From Candidatus Gorgyraea atricola (lineage in GTDB: Bacteria; Omnitrophota; Gorgyraeia; Gorgyraeales; Gorgyraeaceae), in contig JAVCCW010000025.1 in NCBI GenBank assembly GCA_030765235.1, positions 240 to 64,239 of the forward strand: 64,000 nt of DNA, written 5' to 3'. The position numbers were made by a program, and so were the translations under genes. The notes under the pieces are model-generated. The model saw nothing but the letters and a program-made list of their open reading frames with translations. It was not told where the DNA came from and searched no databases. Positions 48,292 through 60,036 of the stretch are shown here, in pieces. Position 1 is the stretch's first letter, and each line of letters begins with the position of its first letter.

Positions 48292-49814
48292 TAGTCCTGG
48301 ATTTTGGCGCACAGTATAACCAGCTCATAGCCCGTCGTGTAAGAGAATGCAATATATACTGTGTACTTCTGCCTTACAATACTTCACTCGCAAAGATAAA
48401 ATCCCTGAAACCCAGCGCGATTATACTCACAGGTGGACCTTCCAGCGTTACAAGGAAAGGTTCTCCAAAGTGCGATTCAAGGATCTTTGGATTAAATGTC
48501 CCTATCTTGGGTATCTGTTATGGTATGCAGTTAATGGGATATTTGCTTGGTGGTAAAGTAGGAAAGAGTAAGCGCCGAGAATATGGCAATGCAGAGCTTA
48601 TTGTAGATAAAAAAGACAAATTCTATTCAGGCTGGAAAAGAAAAGAAAAGATATGGATGAGTCATGGTGATCAGGTGCTAAGGCTGCCAAAGGGTTTTGT
48701 AAGACTTGCTCATACGAAAAACAGTAAGATCGCCAGCATGTTTCATCCTGAGAAAAAGATTTACGGGGTCCAGTTTCATCCAGAGGTAGTGCATACACCA
48801 AAAGGCATGGTTATTTTTAAGAATTTCCTCTATAAGGTCGCTGGCCTTAAACCAACATGGACGATGAAGTCTTTTGTCAGAGAGGCTATCAAGGATATGC
48901 GGGCGAATGTCAAAAAAGAAAAGGTGGTGCTTGGTTTAAGCGGCGGGGTAGACTCTTCTGTGGCAGCAATTCTTTTGCACAAGGCCATTGGCAAGAAATT
49001 ACACTGCATCTTTGTTGATAATGGAGTATTAAGAAAAGATGAAAAGAGGAATGTTATCGAGATGTTTAGAAGGCATTTTCACATGAATCTTCATGTGATA
49101 GATGCAGAGGAGAGATTCCTGAAGGCCTTGAGGGGAGTAGAAGACCCGGAGAAAAAGCGCAAAACAATAGGAAGGGAATTTATCAGGGTCTTTGAAAAAG
49201 AGGCACATCGTCTTGGAAAGATAAAGTATTTAGCGCAGGGCACACTTTATCCTGATGTGATTGAGAGCGTCTCTGCAAAAGGCGGGCCGTCAGCTACAAT
49301 AAAGACGCACCATAATGTAGGGGGCTTGCCCAAAAAGATGGGGTTTAAGCTCATAGAGCCATTAAAGGATTTGTTCAAGGACGAGGTCAGAAGATTAGGA
49401 AAAGAGCTTAGCTTGAGTGATGAGATGGTGTGGAGACAACCTTTTCCAGGTCCTGGCCTTGCTGTAAGGATCATAGGAGATGTTACAAAGGATCGCTTAG
49501 ATATTCTTCGCGAGGCAGATGCGATCGTGCAGGAAGAGATGAAAAAATACCCTGGCTATAAAAACATCTGGCAGTCATTCGCGGTTTTATTGCCAGTAAA
49601 AAGCGTAGGTGTAATGGGCGATGAAAGGACTTACGAAAACGTCTGTGCCATACGAATAGTCACAAGCCTTGACGCAATGACAGCAGACTGGGCCAAGATC
49701 CCCTACGACATCCTAGGCAAGATCTCCAACCGCATCATAAACGAAGCCTCTGGCATAAATCGAGTAGTCTACGACATCTCCTCCAAACCCCCGTCAACAA
49801 TAGAGTGGGAATAA
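48273..49814 (+). CDS. guaA: GMP synthase (glutamine-hydrolysing)
   Basis: [31 protein letters not shown]. Confidence 0.98.
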   Translation: MQKETVVVLDFGAQYNQLIARRVRECNIYCVLLPYNTSLAKIKSLKPSAIILTGGPSSVTRKGSPKCDSRIFGLNVPILGICYGMQLMGYLLGGKVGKSKRREYGNAELIVDKKDKFYSGWKRKEKIWMSHGDQVLRLPKGFVRLAHTKNSKIASMFHPEKKIYGVQFHPEVVHTPKGMVIFKNFLYKVAGLKPTWTMKSFVREAIKDMRANVKKEKVVLGLSGGVDSSVAAILLHKAIGKKLHCIFVDNGVLRKDEKRNVIEMFRRHFHMNLHVIDAEERFLKALRGVEDPEKKRKTIGREFIRVFEKEAHRLGKIKYLAQGTLYPDVIESVSAKGGPSATIKTHHNVGGLPKKMGFKLIEPLKDLFKDEVRRLGKELSLSDEMVWRQPFPGPGLAVRIIGDVTKDRLDILREADAIVQEEMKKYPGYKNIWQSFAVLLPVKSVGVMGDERTYENVCAIRIVTSLDAMTADWAKIPYDILGKISNRIINEASGINRVVYDISSKPPSTIEWE

Positions 49815-49817
49815 AAA

Positions 49818-49857
49818 TAACTTTACATTTAAAGCAAGACCTTAAATGTAAAGTTAA
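49818..49857. terminator. AACTTTACA palindrome between convergent guaA and lpxB
   Basis: Exact reverse complement of 9108-9147. Contains the lpxB stop codon. Confidence 0.7.
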
Positions 49858-50981
49858 CTCAGGAATTTTTGGATTAGGTGTGCGGTGCGGTCGGATGCGC
49901 CTGGTGAGCCTAGTTTTTGTTTGACCTGTTTTAGCTCGAGTTTGATTTCGTCCTGGTTTTGGAGTGTTTCTAGAGTTTCTCTTGCTATATTTTTCGCGTT
50001 TACCTGAAACTGTACCAGTTCTGGTACGATCCTTTTTCCTGCCACTACATTTACCAAACCTATATCTGGGATTTTTATCAAATTTCTTGCCAAAAACCAG
50101 GTGATCAGCGATGTCTTGTAGATAATCACCATTGGCTTTTGCATGATGGCTGTTTCGAGCGTGGCGCTTCCAGAAGAGAGGATTACCAAATCAGCTATAT
50201 CCATTATTTCATAGGGCCTGTTTTCGAGTGAATGCGGTTTTATCTTTGAGCGGGCAATAATATTGTTATAAATAGATCTATCCAATTCTTTCCTCCGAGA
50301 AAGTATAAATTCAACATCAGGTAATTTTTCTTTTATGAGCTCGCATGCCTTTAGCATAGAAGGGAGGTGTTTTTCAACCTCTTTTGCGCGAGAACCAGGA
50401 AGGAGCGCAATCTTTTTAGAGTGGTGATTAAGATGCAGGTGCTTTATGGTTTCTTCTTTTTTCCAGCCAGATCTTACTATGTCTAAGAAAGGATGCCCTA
50501 CGAAACTTACCTTTACGCCAGCCTGTTTATATAATTCCTCCTCAAACCCAAATATCACGATCATCTTATCAACGCATTTTTTTATTTCCGCGACTCTCTC
50601 TTTTCCCCACGCCCATATCTGAGGGCTGATGTAATATATTACAGGGATATTTTTTGCTTTCGCCTGTTTTGCGAAACGCATGTTAAATCCTGGGTAGTCT
50701 ACCAGAATAACCGCGTCAGGGCGTCTTGATTCAAGTAGATCGACCAGTTTTTTGAAGAGCTTCTTGAATACGCTGAGATGTTTTATCACCTCTATAAACC
50801 CCACGACTGCGAGCTCGACAATGTCATAGACAATATCGACGCCAGCTTCTTTCATCTTTTTCCCGCCAACGCCGAATATTTCTATGTGGGGATTGAGTGT
50901 TTTAAGGGATCGCGCGAGGTGTGCAGCCTGCAGGTCGCCAGATGCCTCGCCTGCGATGATCATAAGTCGCTTCTTCTTCAT
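49854..50981 (-). CDS. lpxB: Lipid-A-disaccharide synthase
   Basis: IAGEASGD, VDYPGFN, YISPQIWAW, LLPGSR, SGSATLE. Confidence 0.97.
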   Translation of the reverse strand: MKKKRLMIIAGEASGDLQAAHLARSLKTLNPHIEIFGVGGKKMKEAGVDIVYDIVELAVVGFIEVIKHLSVFKKLFKKLVDLLESRRPDAVILVDYPGFNMRFAKQAKAKNIPVIYYISPQIWAWGKERVAEIKKCVDKMIVIFGFEEELYKQAGVKVSFVGHPFLDIVRSGWKKEETIKHLHLNHHSKKIALLPGSRAKEVEKHLPSMLKACELIKEKLPDVEFILSRRKELDRSIYNNIIARSKIKPHSLENRPYEIMDIADLVILSSGSATLETAIMQKPMVIIYKTSLITWFLARNLIKIPDIGLVNVVAGKRIVPELVQFQVNAKNIARETLETLQNQDEIKLELKQVKQKLGSPGASDRTAHLIQKFLS

Positions 50982-51895
50982 GTTTTTAGCTTTTTTAGGA
51001 TTTTGTGAGCCACTAGTAGAGCGTTATATCCTTCGATCCCTGAGACAGTGGGCCTTTTTTTATTAAGCACGCAGTCCACAAAGGATGAGATCTCTTTCTT
51101 CAAAGGCTGTTCTTTTTTGATATCGATTTTTTTAGAGGAGATCTTATTTTTTATCTTTTTAGAGATCACAGCTTCCTGGTTCATGTAGTCTAAAGAGATA
51201 TAACAGTCTTTTTGAAATATTCGAATCTTACGCAGACTGTCACTTGTCACGCGGCTTGCAGTAAGGTCGCATACAGTGCCGTTTTTAAATCTGAGCCTGG
51301 CATTTGCAATATCCTCATGTTTTGTTAGGATTTTTATGCCTATTGCCTCGATGCTTTCGATCTTTGATTTTATGAGACCTAACACTATATCGATGTCATG
51401 TATCATTAGATCAAGTACCACGCCCACGTCTTTTACGCGCGGACTAAAAGGCCCGAGCCTGTGCACCTCTATAAACTTTGGTTTTGAGGAAAGCCCTTCT
51501 ATCGCCTGTATGGCAGAGTTAAATCGCTCAACATGACCTACCTGCATTATCAGGCGTTTTTTCTTAGCGAGTTTTAATAGCTCTTTGGCCTCTTTAATCG
51601 TTTTTGTGATAGGTTTTTCTATAAGTACAGGTATGCCGCGGTTCAAAAACGACCGAGCGATTTTATAATGGAGGTATGTAGGCGTGACAATGCTTACAGC
51701 GTCCAGGTTTTTCTTAAAAAGCTCCCTATAATCTGAGCACCAAGGTTTTTTTAAGGCATGTGCAATGGATTTTGCCCTGTCTTTGTCATTGTCGCACAGA
51801 CAAACGAGCTCTACATCCTTTAATTCCGAGTATATCCGGGCATGAAGAGAGCCTAATCGCCCTATTCCAACCACTCCAACACGTAGTTTTTTCAT
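50978..51895 (-). CDS. Gfo/Idh/MocA oxidoreductase (GnnA-like)
   Basis: GIGRLG, EKPI, VGHVERFN, DLMIHDID. Translationally coupled to lpxB. Start moved to MKKLRV. Confidence 0.88.
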   Translation of the reverse strand: MKKLRVGVVGIGRLGSLHARIYSELKDVELVCLCDNDKDRAKSIAHALKKPWCSDYRELFKKNLDAVSIVTPTYLHYKIARSFLNRGIPVLIEKPITKTIKEAKELLKLAKKKRLIMQVGHVERFNSAIQAIEGLSSKPKFIEVHRLGPFSPRVKDVGVVLDLMIHDIDIVLGLIKSKIESIEAIGIKILTKHEDIANARLRFKNGTVCDLTASRVTSDSLRKIRIFQKDCYISLDYMNQEAVISKKIKNKISSKKIDIKKEQPLKKEISSFVDCVLNKKRPTVSGIEGYNALLVAHKILKKLKT

Positions 51896-51996
51896 ATCTA
51901 CAATAATAACAAACCTCTCGACAAAAGTCAATGAGAGTGATATAATACCTCAAATCATGCCGAGGTCGAACCTCGGCATTTTTGGGCTATATCATT

Positions 51997-53817
51997 ATGA
52001 GAGAATACTTACGATTTCTAAAATTTCTGAAGCCGCATCTCTGGATTATGGCAGTCGCTTTAGTGTGCATGATTGTCTCATCTGGCATGGGAGGGGTGTC
52101 TCTGGGCATGATCATTCCGCTTGTTGACAATATCCTTGCTGGGAAGACGATATCTATGCCAGGCGTTCAGAGCCCGCCAGAATTTATCATCAGTCTTGTA
52201 GATAAGATCAATACTATACCAAAGGTTGCGCTTCTGAACTGGCTTGTATTGATCATAGCTTTAATATTTCTCATAAAAGAGATATTTTTATTTCTCCATA
52301 CATATCTTATGAGTAAGCTTGGCCAGTCTGTGTTAAGGGATGTAAGATTGACAGTCTATAAAAAGCTTCTTAGTCTTTCAGGAGATTTTTATTCAAGTAT
52401 GCAGACAGGCGAATTGGTCTCAAGGATCACTTTTGATGTAGGGATCATAGTGAATTCTATTACCGAGGGGCTCACAGATCTATTGCTCCAGCCAATACAG
52501 CTTTTGATATACCTTACCATGCTTATATGGATAAAGATATATTTTTCAATTCCAGTGACGCTGATCCTGGTCACCATAGTTGTATTCCCGCTTGTAGCAT
52601 ACCCTGTTATAAAGATAGGCAAAAAACTCAGAAAGATATCTGAGTCTACACAGGAGAGCATGGCGGATATAAACTCTTTATTATTTGAAACAATATACGG
52701 CATAGGCATTGTGAAATCATTTTCAGCAGAAAAATATCAGATAAATAAATTTGCCTCGTACAGTTACCGTTATTACAAAATGCTTCTCAAGTCTGTAAAG
52801 CGCATGGCTATCATAAGTCCCCTTGGCGAGTTCGTGGGTGTAGCGTGCATGGCCATTGTGCTGTATTTTGGCGGCAAAGAGGTGATAGCGGGCCGACTTT
52901 CAGGAGGCGCCTTTATAGCATTCTTAGCAGCGCTTCTTTCTCTTATAAAACCATTTAAGAGATTAAGCAGGCTTTATGGCGTAAATCTTCAGGCCCTTGC
53001 GGCAATAACAAGGGTGTTCAATGTACTCGACAGGGAGCCTACGATAAAAGACAGGCCTGGCGCTATTAAGCTAGTTGGATTTAAAGGTCGCATTGAATTA
53101 AAGGATGTAGATTTTTCGTATGGCGATGGCCCTGGGGTATTGAAAAACATTAATGTGAGTTTGACAAAGGGCAAGATCCTGGCAATAGTGGGACTGAGCG
53201 GCGCTGGAAAGAGCACATTAGTGAACTTACTACCCAGGTTTTATGATCCAAATAGCGGTGCAGTATTGATTGATGGCAAAGATATTAGGGACTTTAACAT
53301 TCCATCTGTTCGTGAACACATAGGCATTGTGTCGCAAGAGACAATACTTTTTAATGACTCGATTCGAAATAACATTGCGTTCGGTAAGCCTGATGCAAGC
53401 ATGGACGACATTATAAAGGCGGCAAAGGCAGCAAACGCCCATGATTTTATTGAAAAGACCTCAGATGGCTATGACACCTTTATAGGCGACAGGGGCATGA
53501 GGCTTTCAGGAGGCGAAAAGCAGCGTATTGCGATCGCAAGAGCACTTTTTAAGGACCCGCCTATACTTATACTTGATGAGGCAACGAGCCAGCTTGATAC
53601 TGAGTCAGAGAGACTTGTCCAGGAGGCAATAGATCGGCTCATGGCGCACAGGACAGTGTTTGTAATTGCGCATAGACTCTCTACTGTTGAACATGCGGAT
53701 AATATAGTGGTGCTTGAAGGCGGCAAGATCATAGAGATAGGCACACACAGGCAATTATTAGAGATCTCAGGCACGTATAAGCGGCTGTATGAGCTGCAGT
53801 TTAAATCCGTCCGATAG
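51997..53817 (+). CDS. msbA: Lipid A flippase MsbA-like ABC transporter
   Basis: TM domain plus GLSGAGKS, LSGGEKQR, LDEATS. Divergent from lpxB. Confidence 0.88.
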   Translation: MREYLRFLKFLKPHLWIMAVALVCMIVSSGMGGVSLGMIIPLVDNILAGKTISMPGVQSPPEFIISLVDKINTIPKVALLNWLVLIIALIFLIKEIFLFLHTYLMSKLGQSVLRDVRLTVYKKLLSLSGDFYSSMQTGELVSRITFDVGIIVNSITEGLTDLLLQPIQLLIYLTMLIWIKIYFSIPVTLILVTIVVFPLVAYPVIKIGKKLRKISESTQESMADINSLLFETIYGIGIVKSFSAEKYQINKFASYSYRYYKMLLKSVKRMAIISPLGEFVGVACMAIVLYFGGKEVIAGRLSGGAFIAFLAALLSLIKPFKRLSRLYGVNLQALAAITRVFNVLDREPTIKDRPGAIKLVGFKGRIELKDVDFSYGDGPGVLKNINVSLTKGKILAIVGLSGAGKSTLVNLLPRFYDPNSGAVLIDGKDIRDFNIPSVREHIGIVSQETILFNDSIRNNIAFGKPDASMDDIIKAAKAANAHDFIEKTSDGYDTFIGDRGMRLSGGEKQRIAIARALFKDPPILILDEATSQLDTESERLVQEAIDRLMAHRTVFVIAHRLSTVEHADNIVVLEGGKIIEIGTHRQLLEISGTYKRLYELQFKSVR

Positions 53818-53920
53818 CCCCAAAAATGGCTTGCAAAAGCAAAAGCTTGTGATATAATAAAACACCTATAATTTTGAGCATATTTTGTCAAAACTACCAT
53901 AATTAAGAGGAGGTAAGCAC

Positions 53921-54802
53921 GTGGACACAGAATTAATCAAGAAACTTTTGGAAGCAGGTTCCCATTTTGGCCATAACAGGAGCCGCTGGAACCCAAGAAT
54001 GAAGAAGTTTATCTTTGGGGAGCGTTCAAGGATCCATATAATAGATCTTGAAAAGACAGTAGAGTTTATCAATAAGGCCAGGGAGTTTTTAAAAGAGGTA
54101 GCTGCCAAGGGAGAGAAGATCCTTTTTGTCGGTACCAAGAAACAAGCCCAGGACGTCATAACTGAAGCTGCTCAGCGTTCAGGCATGTATTTTGTCAAGA
54201 ATAGATGGCTGGGTGGCACACTCACTAATTTTAAGACGATTCGCAACAGCATAAACCGCCTAAAGGACATCGAGACAATGGAAAAAGATGGAACGTTCGA
54301 AGCCATTACAAAGAAAGAGCGGGCTATTCTTACAAAGGAGATGGAGAAATTAAGAAAAAATCTCCAGGGCATAGTCGAGATGAAAAAGATGCCAGGTGCC
54401 ATGTTTATCGTGGATTCCAAGAAGGAAGACATAGCTGTAAAAGAGGCCAAGAAGCTCGGGATCCCTATAGCGGCTATAATAGATACAAATGCAGATCCTG
54501 ATTTTATTGATTATCCTATACCAGCTAATGACGATGCCATGCGTTCCATAAAGCTTATAACAGATATGATCACAGATGGTATTATGGAGGGTCAGGGCCA
54601 GTTTGATCAATCAGAGGTCGATAAGAAGGCTGTGCAAAAAGAACAGGAGTCGGGGGATAAAAGCGAGCTTATTGAAAAGCCTTCGGAGCTTGCAGAGACA
54701 ATAGAGGAAGAAAAACTGAAGGACAAGGAAAAGGAAGAGAAAAAGACAAAACCAGTTGTTAAAAAGAAACCATATAGACCAAGCAGACCAAAAAACAGAT
54801 GA
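53921..54802 (+). CDS. rpsB: 30S ribosomal protein S2
   Basis: [29 protein letters not shown] start. Confidence 0.98.
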   Translation: MDTELIKKLLEAGSHFGHNRSRWNPRMKKFIFGERSRIHIIDLEKTVEFINKAREFLKEVAAKGEKILFVGTKKQAQDVITEAAQRSGMYFVKNRWLGGTLTNFKTIRNSINRLKDIETMEKDGTFEAITKKERAILTKEMEKLRKNLQGIVEMKKMPGAMFIVDSKKEDIAVKEAKKLGIPIAAIIDTNADPDFIDYPIPANDDAMRSIKLITDMITDGIMEGQGQFDQSEVDKKAVQKEQESGDKSELIEKPSELAETIEEEKLKDKEKEEKKTKPVVKKKPYRPSRPKNR

Positions 54803-54835
54803 TCCAATTTCTTATAGAAAGGTAAGGTAAGCACG

Positions 54836-56145
<1,310 letters not shown>

Positions 56146-56176
56146 GCCAAACGTCCATATTGAAAAGGAGATAATT

Positions 56177-56740
56177 ATGCTACCCCTCCAAAAGCGCCTT
56201 CATGAAATAGAAGAAAAAATGAAAAAGTCTGTGGATGCGACAGTAAGGGAATTCGCAGAGATTAGGACTGGTCGAGCAAATCCAAGCCTTGTTGAAGGCA
56301 TAATGGTGGATTATTATGGTACAAATACGCCATTGAAACAATTGGCTGGTATATCTGTGCCAGAGCCGCGGCTTATCGCTATTCATCCATGGGATCCTTC
56401 CAGTGTACCTACAATAGAAAAGGCGATCTTAAAATCACAGCTGGGAATAAATCCTGTAAATGACGGAAAGCTCATAAGGATAGCCATACCTTCTCTCACC
56501 AAGGAAAGATGTGCAGAGCTCGGGAAAGTACTGCATAAGATCTCAGAACAAGGCAGGGTCTCTATCAGGACAGTACGCAGGGATGCCATAGACAGTATAA
56601 AGAAGATGGAAGATTCAAAAGAGATCCCGGAAGACGCGCGTTTCAAGGGCCAGGAAGAAGTCCAAAAATTAACAGAGAAATATACAAAGAAGATCGACGA
56701 GCTTTTAAAGAATAAAGAGAAAGAACTTGATACTATATAA
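56177..56740 (+). CDS. frr: Ribosome recycling factor
   Basis: IRTGRANP, NPVNDG, IRTVRRDA. Confidence 0.98.
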   Translation: MLPLQKRLHEIEEKMKKSVDATVREFAEIRTGRANPSLVEGIMVDYYGTNTPLKQLAGISVPEPRLIAIHPWDPSSVPTIEKAILKSQLGINPVNDGKLIRIAIPSLTKERCAELGKVLHKISEQGRVSIRTVRRDAIDSIKKMEDSKEIPEDARFKGQEEVQKLTEKYTKKIDELLKNKEKELDTI

Positions 56741-56746
56741 TGGTGT

Positions 56747-56823
56747 GGGCCGCTAGCTCATATTGGTAGAGCATCGCCCTTTTAAGGCGGTGGCGCCGCG
56801 TTCGATTCGCGGGCGGCTCACCA
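56747..56823 (+). tRNA. tRNA-Lys(UUU)
   Basis: GGGCCGC/GCGGCTC acceptor stem, anticodon arm TCGCC-CTTTTAA-GGCGG, encoded CCA. Confidence 0.93.
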
Positions 56824-56875
56824 TCCTACGCTCAAATAGAGCGAATCTTCGCAGCATGCTACGGATGGCAAGCCA
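56821..56875. repeat. tRNA-trailer element (copy 2)
   Basis: Homologous to 16440-16494. Confidence 0.75.
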
Positions 56876-56884
56876 GAATCAAAG

Positions 56885-57331
56885 ATGACCAAACCTCCTT
56901 ATAAAATCATCGAACATACTGCTGATGTTAGGATAAAGGCGAATGGCCGAACTCTCAAGGAGTTATTCGAGAATGCAGCAAAAGGCATGTTCGGGATCAT
57001 CGGCGGCCCCAGTACCACTCGCTTCGCTCGGGTACGGGGTAAACAAGCACACAGAAAAATAGAGATACAAAAAGACGTTCAGAGTTTTGAAGAATTATTA
57101 GTATATTGGCTGAGCGAGTTATTGTATATTTTTAATAGAGATCAAATAATTTTTAGCAGTTTTAATATTCGAGAATTAGAAAAAAATCGATTAGTCGCTG
57201 AATCCTCAGGCGAGAAAATAGCCCCCGAAAACACCGACCTCCAGACAGAAATCAAGGCAGTCACCTTCCACGACCTTAAAATAGAAAAAAATAACGCAGG
57301 CTTTACCTGCAAAATCATTTTTGATGTATAA
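56885..57331 (+). CDS. Archease
   Basis: IEHTADV, LFENAA, WLSELL, EIKAVTFH, C-terminal FDV. Confidence 0.93.
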   Translation: MTKPPYKIIEHTADVRIKANGRTLKELFENAAKGMFGIIGGPSTTRFARVRGKQAHRKIEIQKDVQSFEELLVYWLSELLYIFNRDQIIFSSFNIRELEKNRLVAESSGEKIAPENTDLQTEIKAVTFHDLKIEKNNAGFTCKIIFDV

Positions 57332-58772
57332 GATAGAAAAGATAGATAACTATCGCTGGAAAATACCTACCTCTTACAAGCAAGGCATGAAAGTTCCTGG
57401 CGTTATCTACGCAAGCGAATGTCTTCTTCCTGAAATCCTCAAAGACAAGGCACCTGAACAAGTAGCAAATGTTGCATTCCTGCCAGGCATAGTTAAATAT
57501 TCTCTTGCCATGCCTGATATCCATTGGGGCTATGGTTTTTCAATAGGCGGCGTAGCAGCTACAGATCCTAAAGAAAACGGTGTGATTTCACCAGGAGGAG
57601 TAGGCTATGACATAAATTGTGGAGTACGACTTCTGCGAAGTGACTTAACAGCTCAAGATATAAAACCAAAATTGCAAAATTTGATCAACAGTTTATTTAG
57701 CAATGTTCCATGCGGCGTTGGTTCAAGCGGTGATATTAGAGTAAGCGACAAAGAAGAGACCGAGATTTTTTTAAAAGGTGCTGGATGGGCTGTTAAAAAA
57801 GGTTATGGCGTAAAAGAGGATCTTGAATATACAGAAAATAAAGGCTGTATGGAGGGCGCAGATCCAGATAAGGTTTCTGACAGGGCATACGAAAGAGGAA
57901 GAAAACAATCAGGAACGCTTGGTTCAGGCAATCATTTCTTAGAAATCCAGGTAGTAGACGAGGTTTACGACGATAAAATCGCAAATATCTTTGGACTTTT
58001 TAAAGGCCAGGCTACAGTTATGATCCATTCTGGTTCACGCGGTCTTGGCTACCAGGTGTGTGATGATTATGTAAAAGGTATGGTGAGATGTTTAGGTAAA
58101 TATAATATAAATGTGCCTGACAGACAACTTGCATGTGCGCCCCTGGATTCTCCAGAAGGAAAGGCATATTTTTCTGCCATGAAATGCGCCGCGAATTATG
58201 CGTGGAGCAATAGACAATGCCTTATGTATCTTGCAAGAGAGATCTTTGAGAAGGTCTTTAGCAAAAGCTGGAGTGATCTGGGCCTACATCTTGTATATGA
58301 CGTAGCGCATAACATTGCAAAGATGGAGAGACACATTGTCGACGGCAAAGAAAAGACATTATGTGTTCACAGAAAGGGTGCTACACGAGCATTTCCGCCG
58401 CATCATCCAGATATTCCAGAAAGGTACAAAGAAACAGGCCAGCCAGTGATTATTCCAGGAGATATGGGTAGTTTTTCTTACATTCTTGCAGGTACTAAAG
58501 GCTCTATGCAAGAAACCTTTGGCTCGACCTGCCATGGCGCAGGAAGACGTATGTCTCGTTCTGCTGCAATAAGAAAATGCAGCGGCAGAAGAATAGATAA
58601 GGAATTATTTGACAGAAGTGGTATAATAGTTAGAGCTAAAGGCAGGTCTACTTTAGCCGAAGAAGCGCCAGAGGCATACAAAGATGTTGAGGCAGTAGTG
58701 GATGTAGTGCACCAGGCAGGCATCTCAAAAAAGATCGCCAGGATGAAACCACTTGGCGTAATCAAAGGATAA
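57321..58772 (+). CDS. rtcB: RNA ligase RtcB
   Basis: MPDIHWGYGF, GYDINCG, GSGNHF, HSGSRG, HRKGAT, CHGAGR. Start may be ATG 57324. Confidence 0.97.
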   Translation: MMYKIEKIDNYRWKIPTSYKQGMKVPGVIYASECLLPEILKDKAPEQVANVAFLPGIVKYSLAMPDIHWGYGFSIGGVAATDPKENGVISPGGVGYDINCGVRLLRSDLTAQDIKPKLQNLINSLFSNVPCGVGSSGDIRVSDKEETEIFLKGAGWAVKKGYGVKEDLEYTENKGCMEGADPDKVSDRAYERGRKQSGTLGSGNHFLEIQVVDEVYDDKIANIFGLFKGQATVMIHSGSRGLGYQVCDDYVKGMVRCLGKYNINVPDRQLACAPLDSPEGKAYFSAMKCAANYAWSNRQCLMYLAREIFEKVFSKSWSDLGLHLVYDVAHNIAKMERHIVDGKEKTLCVHRKGATRAFPPHHPDIPERYKETGQPVIIPGDMGSFSYILAGTKGSMQETFGSTCHGAGRRMSRSAAIRKCSGRRIDKELFDRSGIIVRAKGRSTLAEEAPEAYKDVEAVVDVVHQAGISKKIARMKPLGVIKG

Positions 58773-58782
58773 GGAAAGAGTC

Positions 58783-60036
58783 ATGTTAGACATAAAATTT
58801 ATCAGAGAAAACCCAGATATAGTAAAAAAGGCAATAAAGAATAGAGGTCTTAAGATAGACATAAAGGAACTCCTGGATCTAGATGCCGAACGCCGTAAAA
58901 TTCTGGCAGAGGTAGAGGTTCTAAAGTCAGACAAGAACAAGGTCTCTAAGGGTGGGAAGCCCAGCCCAGACGTCATAGCTAATATGAAGGCTATATCCCA
59001 AAAAGTAGCTGATTTAGATGGTAAGGTGGGGCAAATTAGCCAAAAAATAAGCACTTTAATGCTTAACATCCCAAATATACCCCATAAATCCATACCTGTG
59101 GGGAGGCCAGAAGCCAATAAGGTGGTTCGTAAGTGGGGAAACATCCCTAAATTTGACTTTAAACCTAAGAGCCACATAGAGTTAGGACAAAATCTCGACA
59201 TATTAGATTTCCCTCGCTCAGCCAAGATATCTGGTTCAGGGTTTTGCCTCTTTAAGGGAATGGGTGCCCAACTCGAAAGAGCGCTTATTAACTTTATGCT
59301 GGATCTCCACACAAAGGAGCATGGGTATAAGGAGGTATTTCCGCCATTCTTAGTTAACAGAGCCAGCATGACAGCTACAGGCCAGCTGCCTAATCTAGAG
59401 GAAGACATGTATCGCCTAAAGGATGATGACCTGTTTCTTATCCCTACAGCAGAGGTACCTGTGACAAATATGCACAGGGATGAAGTATTGGATGAGGGAA
59501 AACTACCTACCTACTATACTGCATATACAGCGTGTTTCAGGCGAGAGGCAGGCTCATACGGCAAAGATACAAAGGGCCTTATGAGGGTGCACCAGTTTGA
59601 CAAGATAGAAATGGTTAAGTTCGTAAAGCCAGACTCGTCTTATGACGAACTCGAGAGTTTATTGAAATGCGCGGAAGAAGTGCTTAAAAGATTGAAACTT
59701 TCTTATCGCGTAATAATGCTTTCAACAGGCGATATAAGCTTTGCTACCTCTAAATGCTATGATATCGAGGCATGGGCTCCAGGTATTGAGAAAAATCTTG
59801 AGGTCTCCAGCTGCAGTAATTTCACAGATTTTCAGGCGCGGAGAGCAAACATAAAATATAGACCAAAGGATAAGAAAAAGTTAGAATATGTCCATACGCT
59901 TAATGGTTCTGGTATTGCGCTAGCCAGGACAGTCATCGCAATAATAGAAAATTATCAAGAGAAAGACGGCAGCATCTTAATACCAGAGGTACTCAGGCCG
60001 TATATGAATGGCCGCGAGAAGATCACCAAAGAATAG
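58783..60036 (+). CDS. serS: Serine--tRNA ligase
   Basis: IPTAEVP, FRREAGS, RVHQFDK, EVSSCSN, TLNGSG. Confidence 0.98.
   Translation: MLDIKFIRENPDIVKKAIKNRGLKIDIKELLDLDAERRKILAEVEVLKSDKNKVSKGGKPSPDVIANMKAISQKVADLDGKVGQISQKISTLMLNIPNIPHKSIPVGRPEANKVVRKWGNIPKFDFKPKSHIELGQNLDILDFPRSAKISGSGFCLFKGMGAQLERALINFMLDLHTKEHGYKEVFPPFLVNRASMTATGQLPNLEEDMYRLKDDDLFLIPTAEVPVTNMHRDEVLDEGKLPTYYTAYTACFRREAGSYGKDTKGLMRVHQFDKIEMVKFVKPDSSYDELESLLKCAEEVLKRLKLSYRVIMLSTGDISFATSKCYDIEAWAPGIEKNLEVSSCSNFTDFQARRANIKYRPKDKKKLEYVHTLNGSGIALARTVIAIIENYQEKDGSILIPEVLRPYMNGREKITKE

Noticed and set aside
51957-51983. Hairpin ATGCCGAGGT-CGA-ACCTCGGCAT-TTTT before msbA as a regulatory attenuator
   Set aside because: Single instance with no alternative structure seen. 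It may be just another REP-like hairpin.
53860-53920. rpsB autoregulatory leader RNA
   Set aside because: Plausible by position, but I could not identify the conserved structure.
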